Shown here: one piece after another, positions 9,241 to 18,184 of the stretch
Layout of the letters: each line of letters opens with the position of its first letter
How positions within the stretch are numbered: the first letter of the stretch is position 1
Assembly (NCBI GenBank): GCA_046047915.1
Contig: JBJOHB010000087.1
Location: 1 to 45,487 of the forward strand
Direction: 5' to 3'
From: Cyanobacteriota bacterium
GTDB lineage: Bacteria; Cyanobacteriota; Cyanobacteriia; PCC-6307; Cyanobiaceae
Length of the DNA: 45,487 nucleotides
Notes under the pieces: generated by a model
Told to the model about the DNA's origin: nothing
Database searches by the model: none
Seen by the model: the letters and a program-made list of their open reading frames with translations, nothing else
Program-made: the position numbers and the translations under genes

Positions 9241-11019
9241 GTGACCGCCGGTTCGTCCCCCATCGACGCAGGCCCCCTGCCCAGCCTGGCCAGTGGCACC
9301 CCGCGCAGCAAGTTCGAGCAGCTCAAGGCTGACAGCGACCATCTGAAACAACCCCTGCTCGATGAGCTCGGCAACGATCGGCCGAATTTCAGCGAGGGTG
9401 CTGTTCAGATCCTGAAGTTTCACGGCAGCTACCAGCAGGACAATCGGGACAACCGTCAAAAGGGCCAGGACAAGGATTGGCAGATGATGCTGCGGTTGCG
9501 CAGCCCGGGTGGTCGTATTCCGGCTGCCCTGTATCTGGCCCTTGATGCGCTGGCCGATCGCTATGGCAACGGAACCCTGCGGGCTACCACGCGGCAGGCC
9601 TTTCAAATGCATGGCATTCGCAAGGACAGCCTGCGCGATGTGATCGGCACGATCGTGCGTGGGATGGGCTCCACGTTGGCGGCCTGCGGCGACATCAACC
9701 GCAATGTCATGGCCCCCGCAGCCCCCTTTCAGAAGGGGGGATACCCGGCGGCCCGCGAGCTGGCGACCGCCGTCGCGGACCTGCTCACGCCCCACGCCGC
9801 CGAAGGCTCCTACCTCGATCTCTGGGTCGACGGTGATCTGCGCTACCGGATCAAGCCCTCAACGGCCGTCAAGAAGGCGCGCGCGCGCCAGTCAGACGAC
9901 CATCTGACGTCCGGGGACAGTGCGGAGCCGCTGTACGGCTCCACCTACATGCCACGCAAGTTCAAAGTGGCCGTCACCGTTCCCGGGGACAACTCAGTCG
10001 ACCTGCTCACCCAGGACATCGGCCTGGTGCTGTTCACCGATCCCAACGGCAGACCCCAGGGCTGCAACGTCTATGTCGGTGGCGGGATGGGCCGCACCCA
10101 CAACAAAGACGAAACCTTTGCCCGCACGGCCGACCCCCTTGGCTACGTCAGCCAGGAGCACGTGCTGGATCTGGTTCAGGCGGTGGTGGCGCTGCAGAGG
10201 GACCACGGGGACCGGGCCCAACGGCGGCATGCCCGCATGAAGTACCTGATCCATGAGCGGGGCATCGCCTGGTTCCGCCAGGAACTGAAGCGATATTTTC
10301 CCCATCCGATCAAAGGGCTGCGGCTCGAGCCCAAGGCCAAACTGGAGGACTACCTGGGCTGGCACCGCATTGCCGCCGGTCAATGGTTTGTCGGTCTGCC
10401 GCTGTTGTGCGGCCGTCTGGCGGGTGCGCAAAAGGCAGGGCTGCGGCGTCTGGTGCAGACCTACCAGCTTGAAATCAGGCTGACCCCCAACCAGGACATC
10501 CTGCTCTGCAACATCGCTACAGCGCAGCGGGCCAGCCTGGTGCAAGAGCTTGCAGCGATCGGCTTCGAAGCCCCCGAGGCACCCCCGCTGTTGGCCCGCC
10601 ATGCCATTGCCTGCCCCGCCCTGCCCCTGTGCGGGTTGGCGGTGACCGAGGCCGAACGGATCTTTCCCGAGGTGCTCGATCGACTCGACAACCAGTTTCA
10701 ACGTCTGGGGATCAGCAAGCCCGTGCTCGTGCGCATGACGGGTTGTCCCAACGGTTGCGCCCGGCCCTACATGGCCGAGATCGGGCTGGTCGGCAGCGGT
10801 GTCGACCAGTATCAGCTGTGGCTGGGCGGGACGCCCAACCTGAGCCAGCTGGCCGAGCCCTACCTCGAACGCATGCCGCTCGAACAGCTTGAATCCACCC
10901 TCGAGCCCCTGCTGTTGGCCTGGCAGCAGGCCGGTGGTCGGCGCAGCTTTGGCGCTTTTGTCACCGCCAGCGGCCGTGACCAGGTCCTAAACCTGCTTCA
11001 GGAATCGACACGCCCGTAA
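9241..11019 (+). CDS. sir: Ferredoxin-dependent assimilatory sulfite reductase
   Basis: LKFHGSYQQDNRDNR and the siroheme/4Fe-4S cysteine clusters CPALPLCGLA and TGCPNGCARP. The N-terminal KFEQLKADSDHL region is typical of cyanobacterial Sir rather than NirA. GTG start. Confidence 0.87.
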   Translation: MTAGSSPIDAGPLPSLASGTPRSKFEQLKADSDHLKQPLLDELGNDRPNFSEGAVQILKFHGSYQQDNRDNRQKGQDKDWQMMLRLRSPGGRIPAALYLALDALADRYGNGTLRATTRQAFQMHGIRKDSLRDVIGTIVRGMGSTLAACGDINRNVMAPAAPFQKGGYPAARELATAVADLLTPHAAEGSYLDLWVDGDLRYRIKPSTAVKKARARQSDDHLTSGDSAEPLYGSTYMPRKFKVAVTVPGDNSVDLLTQDIGLVLFTDPNGRPQGCNVYVGGGMGRTHNKDETFARTADPLGYVSQEHVLDLVQAVVALQRDHGDRAQRRHARMKYLIHERGIAWFRQELKRYFPHPIKGLRLEPKAKLEDYLGWHRIAAGQWFVGLPLLCGRLAGAQKAGLRRLVQTYQLEIRLTPNQDILLCNIATAQRASLVQELAAIGFEAPEAPPLLARHAIACPALPLCGLAVTEAERIFPEVLDRLDNQFQRLGISKPVLVRMTGCPNGCARPYMAEIGLVGSGVDQYQLWLGGTPNLSQLAEPYLERMPLEQLESTLEPLLLAWQQAGGRRSFGAFVTASGRDQVLNLLQESTRP

Positions 11020-11717
11020 CGGGCTGATGGGGCCTGGCTGATCCAGGCCCAGAGCTGATCGCCAACGCTGAAATGCCACCACTCGTTGGGGTGGCGGGCA
11101 AAGCCAGCAGAGGCCATGGCCTGGGCCAGCAGCTGCCGATGGCGGTGCCAGACGGCAGCCTGACCATCGGGGTCAGCAACGGCCAGTGGGGCGTAATGCT
11201 CGGGTTCGGACACCGGCCCGATCGCATCGATCTCGCCACCCATGGCCAGCGGCAAACCTGAACGGTCGGCCAGGGTCAGATCGACGGCGGCTCCGGTGCT
11301 GTGGGGTGGCGGTGTGGCCGGATCCTCGGACGGGGGCGCCCAGAACCGACCCACATCGGCGGTGATGCGGCTGAGATCGGCCGAAGGATGCTGGCCATCC
11401 ACACCCTGCTCCCTGCAGAGCTGCTGGATGGTGTGGGTCACCATGAACTGCTGCACCGCGACCGGCCGCCAGCCATCGAAGATGGCCAGGCGCCAGTCGG
11501 GTCGCAGGGTTTGCAAGGCTCCCTGGGCCTGCAACAGCCGCTCGACCACCCCTTGCCTCAGCACAAAGGGGCTTTGTTGGTCTCCATAGGGCGCACCCAG
11601 GGCCTCGTAGGGGTGCGGGGTCAACCGCAGCAGCGCGGGGGGCAGAGCCATCAACGGTTCACCGCAATCCACGATCGGAATCGGGTGCCAGGGACGTGCT
11701 GCTGGGCTTGGCTGCAT
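10998..11717 (-). CDS. VanX/DdpX-type D-alanyl-D-alanine dipeptidase (peptidase M15D)
   Basis: HSTGAAVDLTL (HxxGxAxD zinc motif), NEWWHFS, and FDGWRPVAVQ. Length is 239 aa. The 3' end overlaps sir by 22 nt. Confidence 0.8.
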   Translation of the reverse strand: MQPSPAARPWHPIPIVDCGEPLMALPPALLRLTPHPYEALGAPYGDQQSPFVLRQGVVERLLQAQGALQTLRPDWRLAIFDGWRPVAVQQFMVTHTIQQLCREQGVDGQHPSADLSRITADVGRFWAPPSEDPATPPPHSTGAAVDLTLADRSGLPLAMGGEIDAIGPVSEPEHYAPLAVADPDGQAAVWHRHRQLLAQAMASAGFARHPNEWWHFSVGDQLWAWISQAPSARYGRVDS

Positions 11718-11732
11718 GGGTTGGTCGGTGGG

Positions 11733-14297
11733 TCAATTGAGCTGAACGGCGGCCTCGAACTGGCGGCGGCGCTGGTCCTGCAGCATCCTGGCCAGCAACG
11801 GATGGTCGCGCAGATCGGGATCGGCCGCCGTGATCTGCTGAGCCACGGCCCGTGCCCGCTCCAGCACGGGCCCATCGGTGCTCAAGCTGGCCAGTGCCAG
11901 GTCGGGCAATCCCGACTGCCGGGTGCCCAGCACCTGCCCCGGTCCCCGCAGCCGCAGATCCATTTCGGCGATCTCAAAGCCATCGCTGGAGCGCTCGAGC
12001 AGGTTCAACCGTTGCGCGGCCTGGGGGTTGCTGCTGTCGTTGATCAGCAGGCAATGGGATTGGGCTGCACCGCGCCCCACCCGGCCGCGCAGCTGGTGCA
12101 ACTGGGCCAGGCCAAAGCGGTCGGCATGCTCGATCACCATCACCGTGGCTGCCGGCACATCGACGCCCACTTCAACCACGGTGGTGCTGACGAGCACCTG
12201 GGTGCGTCCCTCGGCAAAAGCGGTGATCGCCTGCTGCTTGGCTTCACTGCTGAGCCGACCATGCAACAGGCCGACATTGAGGTCGGCGAACACCTCGGTG
12301 CTCAGCTGGGCATGGACCTCGACGGCCGAGCGCAGCTCCAGCTTCTCGGACTCCTCGACCAGCGGCAGCACCACATAGGCCCGTTGGCCGCAAGCCACCT
12401 GATCCCTGATCAGGTCATAGGCCTGCTGCCGGGCCGAACCCCGCAGCACCCGGGTTTCGATCGGCTGCCGATTGGGCGGCAATTCGTCGATTTGGCTGAC
12501 GTCCAGATCGCCGTGCAACGACAGGGCCAGGGTGCGCGGAATCGGCGTCGCGGTCATGGTTAGTAGATGGGGCTGCAGGCCCTTGGACAGCAGCCGGTTG
12601 CGTTGATTGACACCAAAACGGTGCTGCTCGTCGACCACCACCAGGCCCAGGCGGGCAAAGTCGACCGGGTCTTCGAGCAGGGCATGGGTGCCCACCAGCA
12701 ACTGCAGCTGACCATTGGCTAGGTCCTCCAGCAGGCGCCGGCGCTGCCGCATCGGTGTGGAGCCGGTGAGCAAGGCACTGCGCACGTGCAACTGATTGAG
12801 CCAACCGATGATCTTGCTGGCATGCTGCTGGGCCAAGACCTCGGTGGGCGCCATGAGGGCACCCTGGCAGCCCGCCTCGATGGCGATCAGCAGGGCCGCC
12901 AGCGCCACCACCGTTTTGCCGCTGCCAACATCCCCCTGGACCAGGCGTGCCATCGGTTCAGGCCGGCCCAGATCGGCGCGAATCTCGGCCAGCACCCGTT
13001 GCTGCGCACCGGTCAACGCAAACGGCAGCAGCGCCAGAAAGCGGCTCACCAGATCCGCTGCTGCTGGATCCGCCGCCCGGGCGTCAGGGTTGAAGACACT
13101 CAGGGGCAGGGCCTGCGCCGCCTTGAGCTGGCGGCGGCGCTGGGCCAGGCCGAGCTGCAGCAACAGAAACTCATCGAACACCAGTCGGGTGCGCGCGGCT
13201 TGCAGGCTCGCCTGATCCCTGGGCTGATGGATCGCCTGCAAGGCCTGGGCCCGTTCGATCAGCTGCTCCTGCTGGCGCAGTTGAGATGGCAACGGCTCAG
13301 GGCAGCTGGCAACCACGGGCAACACCGCGGCGACCGCCTGGCGCACGCGTTCGGCGGTGAGGCCTTCGGTCAGCCCATAGACCGGCAGCAAGCGGCCAAT
13401 GCTCTGGGATTGCAGCGGTGCCTGGGCGTGCTCCAGCACCTCCATCAACGGATCCTGAAACGCAGGCCCATAGGGTGTGGTCTTGACCAGACCGCTGACC
13501 GCCACCACGGCACCGGCGGGAAACTGGCGCTGCTGGGCCGCCAGCCACCCGGGCGAGCTAAACCGTCGTCCGGCGTAGAACCGGCTGATCCGCAAGCGAC
13601 CGGTCGGGTCCTGAACCTGCAATTCGAGAATGCCCAGGTTGGGGTTGCGCGGGCTGACAAAGGCATGGGAGCGGCGCACCGTCGCCACGATCGTGGCGGT
13701 CTGACCGGGCTCGAGCGTGCTGATCCGGCGCAGATTGGCGTAATCGAGGTAATCGCGGGGGTAGTAGTGGATCAGGTCGCGCACCACCAACAGACCAAGC
13801 TGGGCCAGCTTGGTTGCCGCGCGGGGACCAAGGCCCCGCACCTCGGCCAGGGGTGTTTCGGGGCCCAGCTCAGAGGCTGACCCTTGGATGGTTGATCCCC
13901 TGGTGGGGGGTTGGGGGGCCGGTTCTGCGATGCGCAACCGGGGCGGCGCCATGACAGCGGGGGGGCGGCAGCGACGCCTGAGCTGCAACAGCCACTCGCG
14001 ACTCTGGCGAACGAGCCGTTGCCGTTGCGACAGTCCGAGTTGCTCGTAGCGGTCGTAACCGCTCAACAGGGCCTGCCGTTGCTCCTGCTCACGCGGTTCC
14101 AGCGGGATCGGTGGAGCGCTGAGCTGGCGATGGACAAAAACGGCGAACCGATCGCGCCGGCCCTGCAGGTTGGCAAAGCCGCGGTCAACTTCCAGCTGCA
14201 ACGCCTGGTTCAGCGGCAGCAACCAGGGGTGCAGCGCCTGCTCTAATCCGGCTGTCGTGTCCTGGGGATCCGGGCTGTCGCGTGATCGTGCAGCCAC
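11733..14297 (-). CDS. recG: ATP-dependent DNA helicase RecG
   Basis: Walker A GDVGSGKT, the VVDEQHRFG (DEQH) box, and the C-terminal helicase motif QLHQLRGRVGRG. The long N-terminal extension is usual in cyanobacteria. The GTG start at 14297 overlaps the upstream ORF by 55 nt, so the start is uncertain. Confidence 0.92.
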   Translation of the reverse strand: MAARSRDSPDPQDTTAGLEQALHPWLLPLNQALQLEVDRGFANLQGRRDRFAVFVHRQLSAPPIPLEPREQEQRQALLSGYDRYEQLGLSQRQRLVRQSREWLLQLRRRCRPPAVMAPPRLRIAEPAPQPPTRGSTIQGSASELGPETPLAEVRGLGPRAATKLAQLGLLVVRDLIHYYPRDYLDYANLRRISTLEPGQTATIVATVRRSHAFVSPRNPNLGILELQVQDPTGRLRISRFYAGRRFSSPGWLAAQQRQFPAGAVVAVSGLVKTTPYGPAFQDPLMEVLEHAQAPLQSQSIGRLLPVYGLTEGLTAERVRQAVAAVLPVVASCPEPLPSQLRQQEQLIERAQALQAIHQPRDQASLQAARTRLVFDEFLLLQLGLAQRRRQLKAAQALPLSVFNPDARAADPAAADLVSRFLALLPFALTGAQQRVLAEIRADLGRPEPMARLVQGDVGSGKTVVALAALLIAIEAGCQGALMAPTEVLAQQHASKIIGWLNQLHVRSALLTGSTPMRQRRRLLEDLANGQLQLLVGTHALLEDPVDFARLGLVVVDEQHRFGVNQRNRLLSKGLQPHLLTMTATPIPRTLALSLHGDLDVSQIDELPPNRQPIETRVLRGSARQQAYDLIRDQVACGQRAYVVLPLVEESEKLELRSAVEVHAQLSTEVFADLNVGLLHGRLSSEAKQQAITAFAEGRTQVLVSTTVVEVGVDVPAATVMVIEHADRFGLAQLHQLRGRVGRGAAQSHCLLINDSSNPQAAQRLNLLERSSDGFEIAEMDLRLRGPGQVLGTRQSGLPDLALASLSTDGPVLERARAVAQQITAADPDLRDHPLLARMLQDQRRRQFEAAVQLN

Positions 14298-15373
14298 AGC
14301 TGTTCCGCTTCAAGGGCCTGCAGACGGCGCTCCAGGCGGTGGTAGGTCTGGGCCATTCTGCGCACCTCTAGGCGCACCTGCCTGAGGCGGCTGCGACAGG
14401 TGCGCAGTCGGGGCTGGTCGGATTCGAGATCGGCTGGACGCAGCAGCACAGCCAGGCTGTTGGCGGCAACCGCGGCTGGAAGCTGCTCGCCCAGGCCGTT
14501 CAGCCGCACCAGATTGAGGGGTGCATTCTGGGTTTCGAGCTGTCCAGCGGCAACAGCCTCCAGCAACTGCAGCGGCGGCAGGGTCGGGCACAGACCCAGG
14601 CGCACCAGTTCAACATTGAGCCCATGCGACAAATTGCGCAGCCGCCTGGCTAAGGCACCGTCCAGCTCATCCATCCAGCGCAACAACTGCAGCGGATGAC
14701 TGGGCAGCAGTCCCTTGGTCGGTGGCGCCTGAAAGGCAGCAGCAGGGTCCGGGTCCAGGTCCTCGGCCGAATCGAGCAACCGGGCAAAGGCCTGCATCAA
14801 ATCTGAGGCTTCCAGCTCACCTTCCGGCGGGTCCGGTTGAACCGCGGACTGGGGGAGGCCATCAGGCTCCGAGCTCGCTTCGAAAGCGCTCGGAGCAAAC
14901 AGATCAAGGCTGATCGGCAGGCCCATCCCCAGATGGACCGAACCGACAGGGTCATGGCCCGCTTGAGGGGCTGCGGGCGCGGCAGACTCAAACACCGCCG
15001 TCGGTTCCTGCTGCAGGCTCGCCAACCAACGCCGCTGATGCCGTCTGGCGAGGCGTTGACGGCGTCGGCGTTGCTGAGCAGCCAAAGCCAACAGCTGCTC
15101 AACGGTCAACAGCGATGAGCAGCGGTGCACCAGGCTGGCGATGCGCTGGTGCAGTTCAGCCCTGGACTCAGCCGACAGCTGGCGATACCTGTTGGGATAA
15201 ACCTCAACAGCCAGATGAAAGCAACAGCGGTCAACCGCGCCGGTCAGGCACTCGCGCAACACCTGGAGATAAAGGGCCCAGTGCCGGTAATGCTCTGGAT
15301 TGCCCGTCGCGATTTTGGCGCGCAGACCTTCCAGCTGCTGGGCTGTTTCACTGCGCGCCGAGGACGGCTCCAA
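14243..15373 (-). CDS. Uncharacterised protein (376 aa) between tsf and recG
   Basis: Long ORF with gene-like third-position GC. Its TTG start lies 5 nt after the tsf stop. The N-terminal part is ordered (YRHWALYLQVLRECL). It also has an Arg-rich run (QQRRRRQRLARRHQRRW), an acidic/Pro-rich middle, and a heptad-like C-terminus (LERRLQALEAEQLWL). I recognise no domain. Confidence 0.6.
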   Translation of the reverse strand: MEPSSARSETAQQLEGLRAKIATGNPEHYRHWALYLQVLRECLTGAVDRCCFHLAVEVYPNRYRQLSAESRAELHQRIASLVHRCSSLLTVEQLLALAAQQRRRRQRLARRHQRRWLASLQQEPTAVFESAAPAAPQAGHDPVGSVHLGMGLPISLDLFAPSAFEASSEPDGLPQSAVQPDPPEGELEASDLMQAFARLLDSAEDLDPDPAAAFQAPPTKGLLPSHPLQLLRWMDELDGALARRLRNLSHGLNVELVRLGLCPTLPPLQLLEAVAAGQLETQNAPLNLVRLNGLGEQLPAAVAANSLAVLLRPADLESDQPRLRTCRSRLRQVRLEVRRMAQTYHRLERRLQALEAEQLWLHDHATARIPRTRQPD

Positions 15374-15378
15374 GAGAC

Positions 15379-16035
15379 TCAGGCGGCCTGCATGGCTGCC
15401 ACTTCAGCAGCAAAGTCGGCCTTCTCAATCTCGATGCCTTCGCCCAGGGTGTAGCGGGTGAAGCGGCGGACCTGAATGTTCTCACCCAGTTTGCCAGCGG
15501 CCTGCTTGACCATTTCGGAGACGGTCATGCTGCTGTCCTTGATGAACGGTTGCTCCAGCAGCGCCAGCTCCTTCAAACGCTTGCCGATACGCCCTTCGAC
15601 GATCTTTTCCTTCATCGCTTCAGGCTTGCCGGACAGGTCATCGCGACCCATTTCGATCGCTTTTTCCTTGGCTGCCACTTCGGCAGGAATCTGATCAACA
15701 GTCACGTATTCGACGTTCGGGCAAGCTGCAATTTGCATCGCCACATTGCGAAGCAGCTCTTGGAAGACGTCACCGCGGGCGACAAAATCCGTTTCGCAGT
15801 TGACTTCCACCAACACCCCAACCCGTGCACCGGTGTGGATGTAGCTGCCGATCGCACCCTCTGCAGCGGTACGTCCAGCCTTCTTCTCAGCGCTGGCAAT
15901 GCCCTTTTGGCGCAGCCATTCGATGGCCTTTTCCGTGTCGCCGTTGGTCTCGGCGAGGGCCTTCTTGCAATCCATCATGCCCGCGCCGGTCTTGTCGCGC
16001 AGGTCCTTGACGAGTTTGGCGGAAATCTCAGCCAT
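15379..16035 (-). CDS. tsf: Translation elongation factor Ts
   Basis: [28 protein letters not shown] (UBA-like N-terminus). EF-Ts core [17 protein letters not shown]. Confidence 0.95.
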   Translation of the reverse strand: MAEISAKLVKDLRDKTGAGMMDCKKALAETNGDTEKAIEWLRQKGIASAEKKAGRTAAEGAIGSYIHTGARVGVLVEVNCETDFVARGDVFQELLRNVAMQIAACPNVEYVTVDQIPAEVAAKEKAIEMGRDDLSGKPEAMKEKIVEGRIGKRLKELALLEQPFIKDSSMTVSEMVKQAAGKLGENIQVRRFTRYTLGEGIEIEKADFAAEVAAMQAA

Positions 16036-16077
16036 GGGTGGGGCGGAAGAAAAAAAGGGGGGGATGAAACAAGGAAG

Positions 16078-16102
16078 GGGTCTGGCTGCATGCGCCAGAC
16101 CC
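16078..16102 (-). other. GC-rich hairpin in the rpsB-tsf spacer (possible attenuator or processing structure)
   Basis: A 9-bp perfect stem, gggtctggc / gccagaccc, with a 7-nt loop tgcatgc. On the transcribed (minus) strand it is followed by a C/T-rich tract containing T7 about 20 nt downstream. That T-run is not adjacent, so this is at best a weak terminator. Confidence 0.4.
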
Positions 16103-16144
16103 GTGGGTCAGCAGGGATCGGCAGAGCCCCGATGGGGCCTGGGA

Positions 16145-16858
16145 TCAGGCTTCGTCGTCGCTGCCGTGATCGCCAGCGCCATGGCGGCCTTCGTTGATGG
16201 CATCGGCGAGGCGACCCAGCACCAACTGCACCGAGCGCACAGCGTCGTCGTTGCAGGGAATGGGCACGTCGCAGAGGTCGGGATCGCAGTTGGTGTCGAG
16301 CATCGACACCAACGGGATGTCCAGCTTCCTGGCTTCGAGCACCGCGTTGGTTTCGCGGCGTTGATCCACCAGGATCACCACGTCGGGCAGACGGCGCATC
16401 GACTTGAGGCCGCCGAGATACTTCTGCAGACGCTCCAGTTCACGCCGCAGGACTGCAGCTTCTTTCTTGGGCCGCATGGCGATGGCGCCAGAGGACTCCA
16501 TGCGCTCCAGATCCTTGAGCCTGTCGATGCGGGCGCGCATCGTGGTCCAGTTGGTCAACATGCCACCCAGCCAGCGCTGGTTGACATAGGCAGCACCACA
16601 GCGGGTCGCTTCCTGAGCGATGACCTCAGAGGCCTGCTTCTTGGTGCCCACGAACAGGAAGCGCTTGCCGCTGCGTGCAGCACTGCGCACCCATTTGTAG
16701 GCGTTGTTCATGCAGACCGCGGTCTGCACGAGGTCGATGATGTGAACCCCGTTGCGCGCGCAATAGATGTAGCGCGACATCTTGGGATTCCAGCGACGGG
16801 TCTGGTGCCCAAAGTGGGCACCAGCCTCCATCATTTCGGCAAGGGTGACAACAGCCAT
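16145..16858 (-). CDS. rpsB: 30S ribosomal protein S2
   Basis: [32 protein letters not shown] is the standard S2 N-terminus. The track ORF begins 9 codons earlier at a GTG (16885). Confidence 0.95.
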   Translation of the reverse strand: MAVVTLAEMMEAGAHFGHQTRRWNPKMSRYIYCARNGVHIIDLVQTAVCMNNAYKWVRSAARSGKRFLFVGTKKQASEVIAQEATRCGAAYVNQRWLGGMLTNWTTMRARIDRLKDLERMESSGAIAMRPKKEAAVLRRELERLQKYLGGLKSMRRLPDVVILVDQRRETNAVLEARKLDIPLVSMLDTNCDPDLCDVPIPCNDDAVRSVQLVLGRLADAINEGRHGAGDHGSDDEA

Positions 16859-16984
16859 TGGAGTGGGTTTCGGGTTTGCCTCCACCTGCCAGGGACCGTT
16901 CCGTGGTTCGTGCTTGAAGCATGAACTGCAGGGCGGTCACCCGAAACACGCAGGTGTGCGGAGTTGGATGACCCGACCAAGCTA

Positions 16985-17911
16985 TCAAATGGCGCTTCGA
17001 GCCTCGCGAAACAGGCTGCGGACCCCAAGGCGGTTGAGCGGCAACCGCAACAGTTCCATGGCCAGGGCGGCATGACCACGACGGATCAACCAACCGAGCA
17101 ACGGCCGGAGGCTGCGCTCGTTGAGCAGTCCTCCAAGGGTCAGCAACTCCCAAAGGAGGCGATGGAACCAGGTGTATTGAATGATCATCCGCACCCGCCG
17201 GGTTGGATGTTTGCGGAAGAACACCAGACCCATGCGTGCCCGTTCCTGCTCCACCTGAATCAACCGAGGCAGCTGCTCAAGGCTGAGGGGAGGGTGCCAG
17301 TGGTACCCAACCGCCTGGGGACAGCGCACCAGACGCACGCCCAACCGCCGCAACCGCTCGCCGAGTTCCAGGTCCTCCCAGCCGTAAAGCCGGAAGGCCG
17401 TGTCGAACAGGCCCGCCTGCTCGAGCACCTGGCGATCGATGGCCACATTGCCGGTGGCGAAGTAAGCCCCCGACCAATCCCGCAGCTTGTGGCGCTCGCC
17501 GGTGGGATTGTCGAAATCGGCCGTGTTGATCACGGCGCCGTAGGTAAAGCAGAGCCGGTCACCGCGCTGCTGCCAGGACTGGCTTAACGCCCGCGCGTGG
17601 GACAGGAGAAAGCCATCCGTGACGACGAGATCGCTGTCGATGAACACGATCACGTCACCCCGGGCGGCCTCGACACCCCGGTTTCGGCCTTCGGCAGGGC
17701 CACCGTGGTCCTGGCAGATCAGGCGCACATGGGGGAGCTGGGCAGCCTGCTGCTGGACCCAGCTGACCGTTGCATCGGTGGAGCCATCGTCAACCAGCAC
17801 GATCTCGTAGTCCGTGATCGGCGGGGCCAGGATCTGCCGTTCCAACGCCGTAAGGCACTTCTGCAGGATCGGCAGGCGGTTGTAGGTGGGACTGACGACG
17901 CTGAGGAACAT
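16985..17911 (-). CDS. Family 2 glycosyltransferase
   Basis: VVSPTYNR ... EIVLVDDGSTD ... VIVFIDSDLVV (DxD-type). C-terminal hydrophobic helices. Length is 308 aa. Confidence 0.85.
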   Translation of the reverse strand: MFLSVVSPTYNRLPILQKCLTALERQILAPPITDYEIVLVDDGSTDATVSWVQQQAAQLPHVRLICQDHGGPAEGRNRGVEAARGDVIVFIDSDLVVTDGFLLSHARALSQSWQQRGDRLCFTYGAVINTADFDNPTGERHKLRDWSGAYFATGNVAIDRQVLEQAGLFDTAFRLYGWEDLELGERLRRLGVRLVRCPQAVGYHWHPPLSLEQLPRLIQVEQERARMGLVFFRKHPTRRVRMIIQYTWFHRLLWELLTLGGLLNERSLRPLLGWLIRRGHAALAMELLRLPLNRLGVRSLFREARSAI

Positions 17912-17925
17912 GGCCGCTCCAGGTC

Positions 17926-17956
17926 AAAAAAAAGGGGTGCCCCGTGGGTCACCCCT
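17926..17956 (-). terminator. Rho-independent terminator after the 51-aa basic-protein gene
   Basis: On the minus strand: AGGGGTG-ACCCACGGGG-CACCCCT followed directly by T8 (plus-strand A-run at 17926-17933). It lies 35 nt downstream of the small-ORF stop. Confidence 0.65.
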
Positions 17957-17991
17957 GGTGATCAATGGGTGGGGCAGAGCCCCCGGACTGA

Positions 17992-18147
17992 TCAGTCGGC
18001 AGCACCGCCGTTGCTGGCTGTGCCGGTGACGCCATTGCCTGCACCCTCACCGCGGCCGTCATTGCGCAGTTTGCGCTTCTTGAACTTGCGGGCGTAGGCC
18101 CGATTCCGTTCCTGCTTTTCCTTCTTCAGATTTCTGCGCTTGGCCAT
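17992..18147 (-). CDS. Small, highly basic 51-aa protein (unannotated in the ORF track)
   Basis: My translation is MAKRRNLKKEKQERNRAYARKFKKRKLRNDGRGEGAGNGVTGTASNGGAAD*. It has an ATG start and no internal stops. It sits 37 nt after the devA stop and is followed by the intrinsic terminator above. It falls below the 60-aa cutoff of the track. Confidence 0.55.
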   Translation of the reverse strand: MAKRRNLKKEKQERNRAYARKFKKRKLRNDGRGEGAGNGVTGTASNGGAAD

Positions 18148-18184
18148 GCGGTGGGGACAAAGGGTTGTCTTTCCATCAGCTTAC

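Noticed and set aside
9147-9374. 76-codon N-terminal extension of glyS
   Set aside because: It would overlap the divergent sir start, and it precedes the conserved FLLEIGTEELP N-terminus by far more than in known GlyS proteins. An in-frame TTG at 9146 fits better. This call remains uncertain.
4712-11717. VanY-like plus VanX-like genes as a glycopeptide-resistance cluster
   Set aside because: There is no vanH, no vanA/B-type ligase and no vanRS. The two genes are separated by chlP, glyS and sir and lie in housekeeping context. Cell-wall recycling or trimming is the simpler reading.
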